Of a stretch of DNA of 64,000 nt, positions 62,964 through 64,000 are shown in pieces. Made by a program: the position numbers and the translations under genes. The DNA comes from Marsupella aquatica (lineage: Eukaryota; Plantae; Marchantiophyta): assembly GCA_973895155.1 (NCBI GenBank), contig OZ316895.1, positions 10,900,184 to 10,964,183 on the forward strand, given 5' to 3'. The stretch's first letter is position 1. Every line of letters begins with the position of its first letter. The notes beneath the pieces were generated by a model that was not told the DNA's origin, searched no databases, and saw only the letters and a list, made by a program, of their open reading frames with translations.

Positions 62964-64000
62964 TCAAGGCTGTGAAGAGAAATTTTGTGCATTGTTGTTA
63001 AGATTTTTGCACAAAAGCGCATTCCACTCGTCTTGTTTGTCGCCCCAACTGAGTGGATCACGATTGTGTGACTGAACATTGTGCGATGTTTCTTGAAATG
63101 ATGATATTCCTCGAAACCCACCAAGGCCAATAGGCCTGTTCGACGTATATGGATTCATGACACTTGGCCCTGCATACGCATTCAAGGGTGGACCTGCATG
63201 GTGTTGCCAGTTTGCATGTGGGTCGTTTGAAGTTTGACCTTCATGATTGTTGTATCCATGAAAAAAGGTTGATGTCCTTCCATTCGTCGGATGCCCTGCT
63301 GTGCTTGTGCGTTGCTCGTTGAAATATGGTCTGCTTGTGTCAACATCATTCGCAAAGTTCGACCAAGGTGACCTTGGTTGGGAAGGCATCACAAAGTTTC
63401 TGTCCAGTGATGCATCTTCCTCGTCTTGGATTTGCGATTCATCAATTGTAGGATACATCTCCAAATCCATTTCATTCTCCCATTCCTCTGCAGTAGTGAT
63501 GTCTGTATCTGGTGGAATACGAGTCAAGAACTCACTATCCTTATCTAGTGAAAATCCGTGTAGCAATTCATCAGCATCATCAATTGTATCATAATCTTCG
63601 ACATCTTCTTCACCACGTGTTGCATCGTACTCTTCATTGCTGCACAACTCCATGGAGATAGGTCTAGGTCCATCATTTGTTCTTCTTCTTTGGTCATAAC
63701 GTTCATATATAAACGTATGCGGGTTTCGAACATTTGTGAGCCCTTTCTCTACCCTCATGTTTGTAAATACAAACACCAAATCTTTTGCTCGATCATTTGT
63801 CAATCGATTGCGACTTTTGGAATGTATAAATCCATACGAACTCCAGTTTCGCTCGCAAGCTGATGCGCACACTTTTTGGTGTAAGATTCTTCGCGCCAGG
63901 ATTCTCAAATGTTTATAATCTGCACCATACGCATGTCACCACTCTGCTGGACTGACATTACCTATACTTGATTGGGCGGCTCCCATCGCTATTGATGTGT
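62964..64000 (-). pseudogene. hAT transposase C-terminus (dimerisation domain) with premature stop
   Basis: SPAEW*HAYGADYKHLRILARRILHQKVCASACERNWSSYGFIHSKSRNRLT...DLVFVFTN matches the hAT dimerisation consensus. The WW motif is broken by TGA at 63936-63938. An acidic tail follows. Confidence 0.9.

Larger units (their letters stand above)
55625..64000 (-). mobile_element. Probable composite hAT DNA transposon (one end in window) carrying kinase, RING and hairpin-array cargo
   Basis: Abrupt compositional boundary at ~55625-55634 (CATAG../TAGGG..), then ~450 bp of GGGTTC/GGGTCC subterminal-type repeats. A hAT transposase at the window end reads toward this boundary. The partner TIR and TSD lie outside the window, so unity of the element is inferred. 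Confidence 0.6.

Overview
Eukaryotic land-plant nuclear DNA with spliceosomal introns. A non-seed plant such as a liverwort or other bryophyte is inferred, not proven. Host genes: the 5' part of a BASS4-like plastid transporter (-), an 11-exon fibrillin FBN10/PAP12 (+) with a candidate antisense ORF in intron 1, two tandem vacuolar-type GH32 genes (-) with the 9-nt DPN mini-exon and altered substrate-pocket motifs, tRNA-Gly(GCC), and a DUF2256 gene. Mobile DNA: a copia solo LTR and an internally deleted copia element, both with TSDs. The most unusual region is ~55.6-64 kb, a probable hAT element. It has G-rich subterminal repeats and a decayed transposase, carries a kinase gene and a coiled-coil/RING gene, and holds two arrays of pre-miRNA-like fold-backs. 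Array 1 has three hairpins sharing a 33-nt apical module on unrelated stems. Array 2 has five hairpins separated by a ~21-nt direct repeat. This suggests a transposon-encoded multi-guide small-RNA cassette. All calls were made by eye, with no folding or database searches run.
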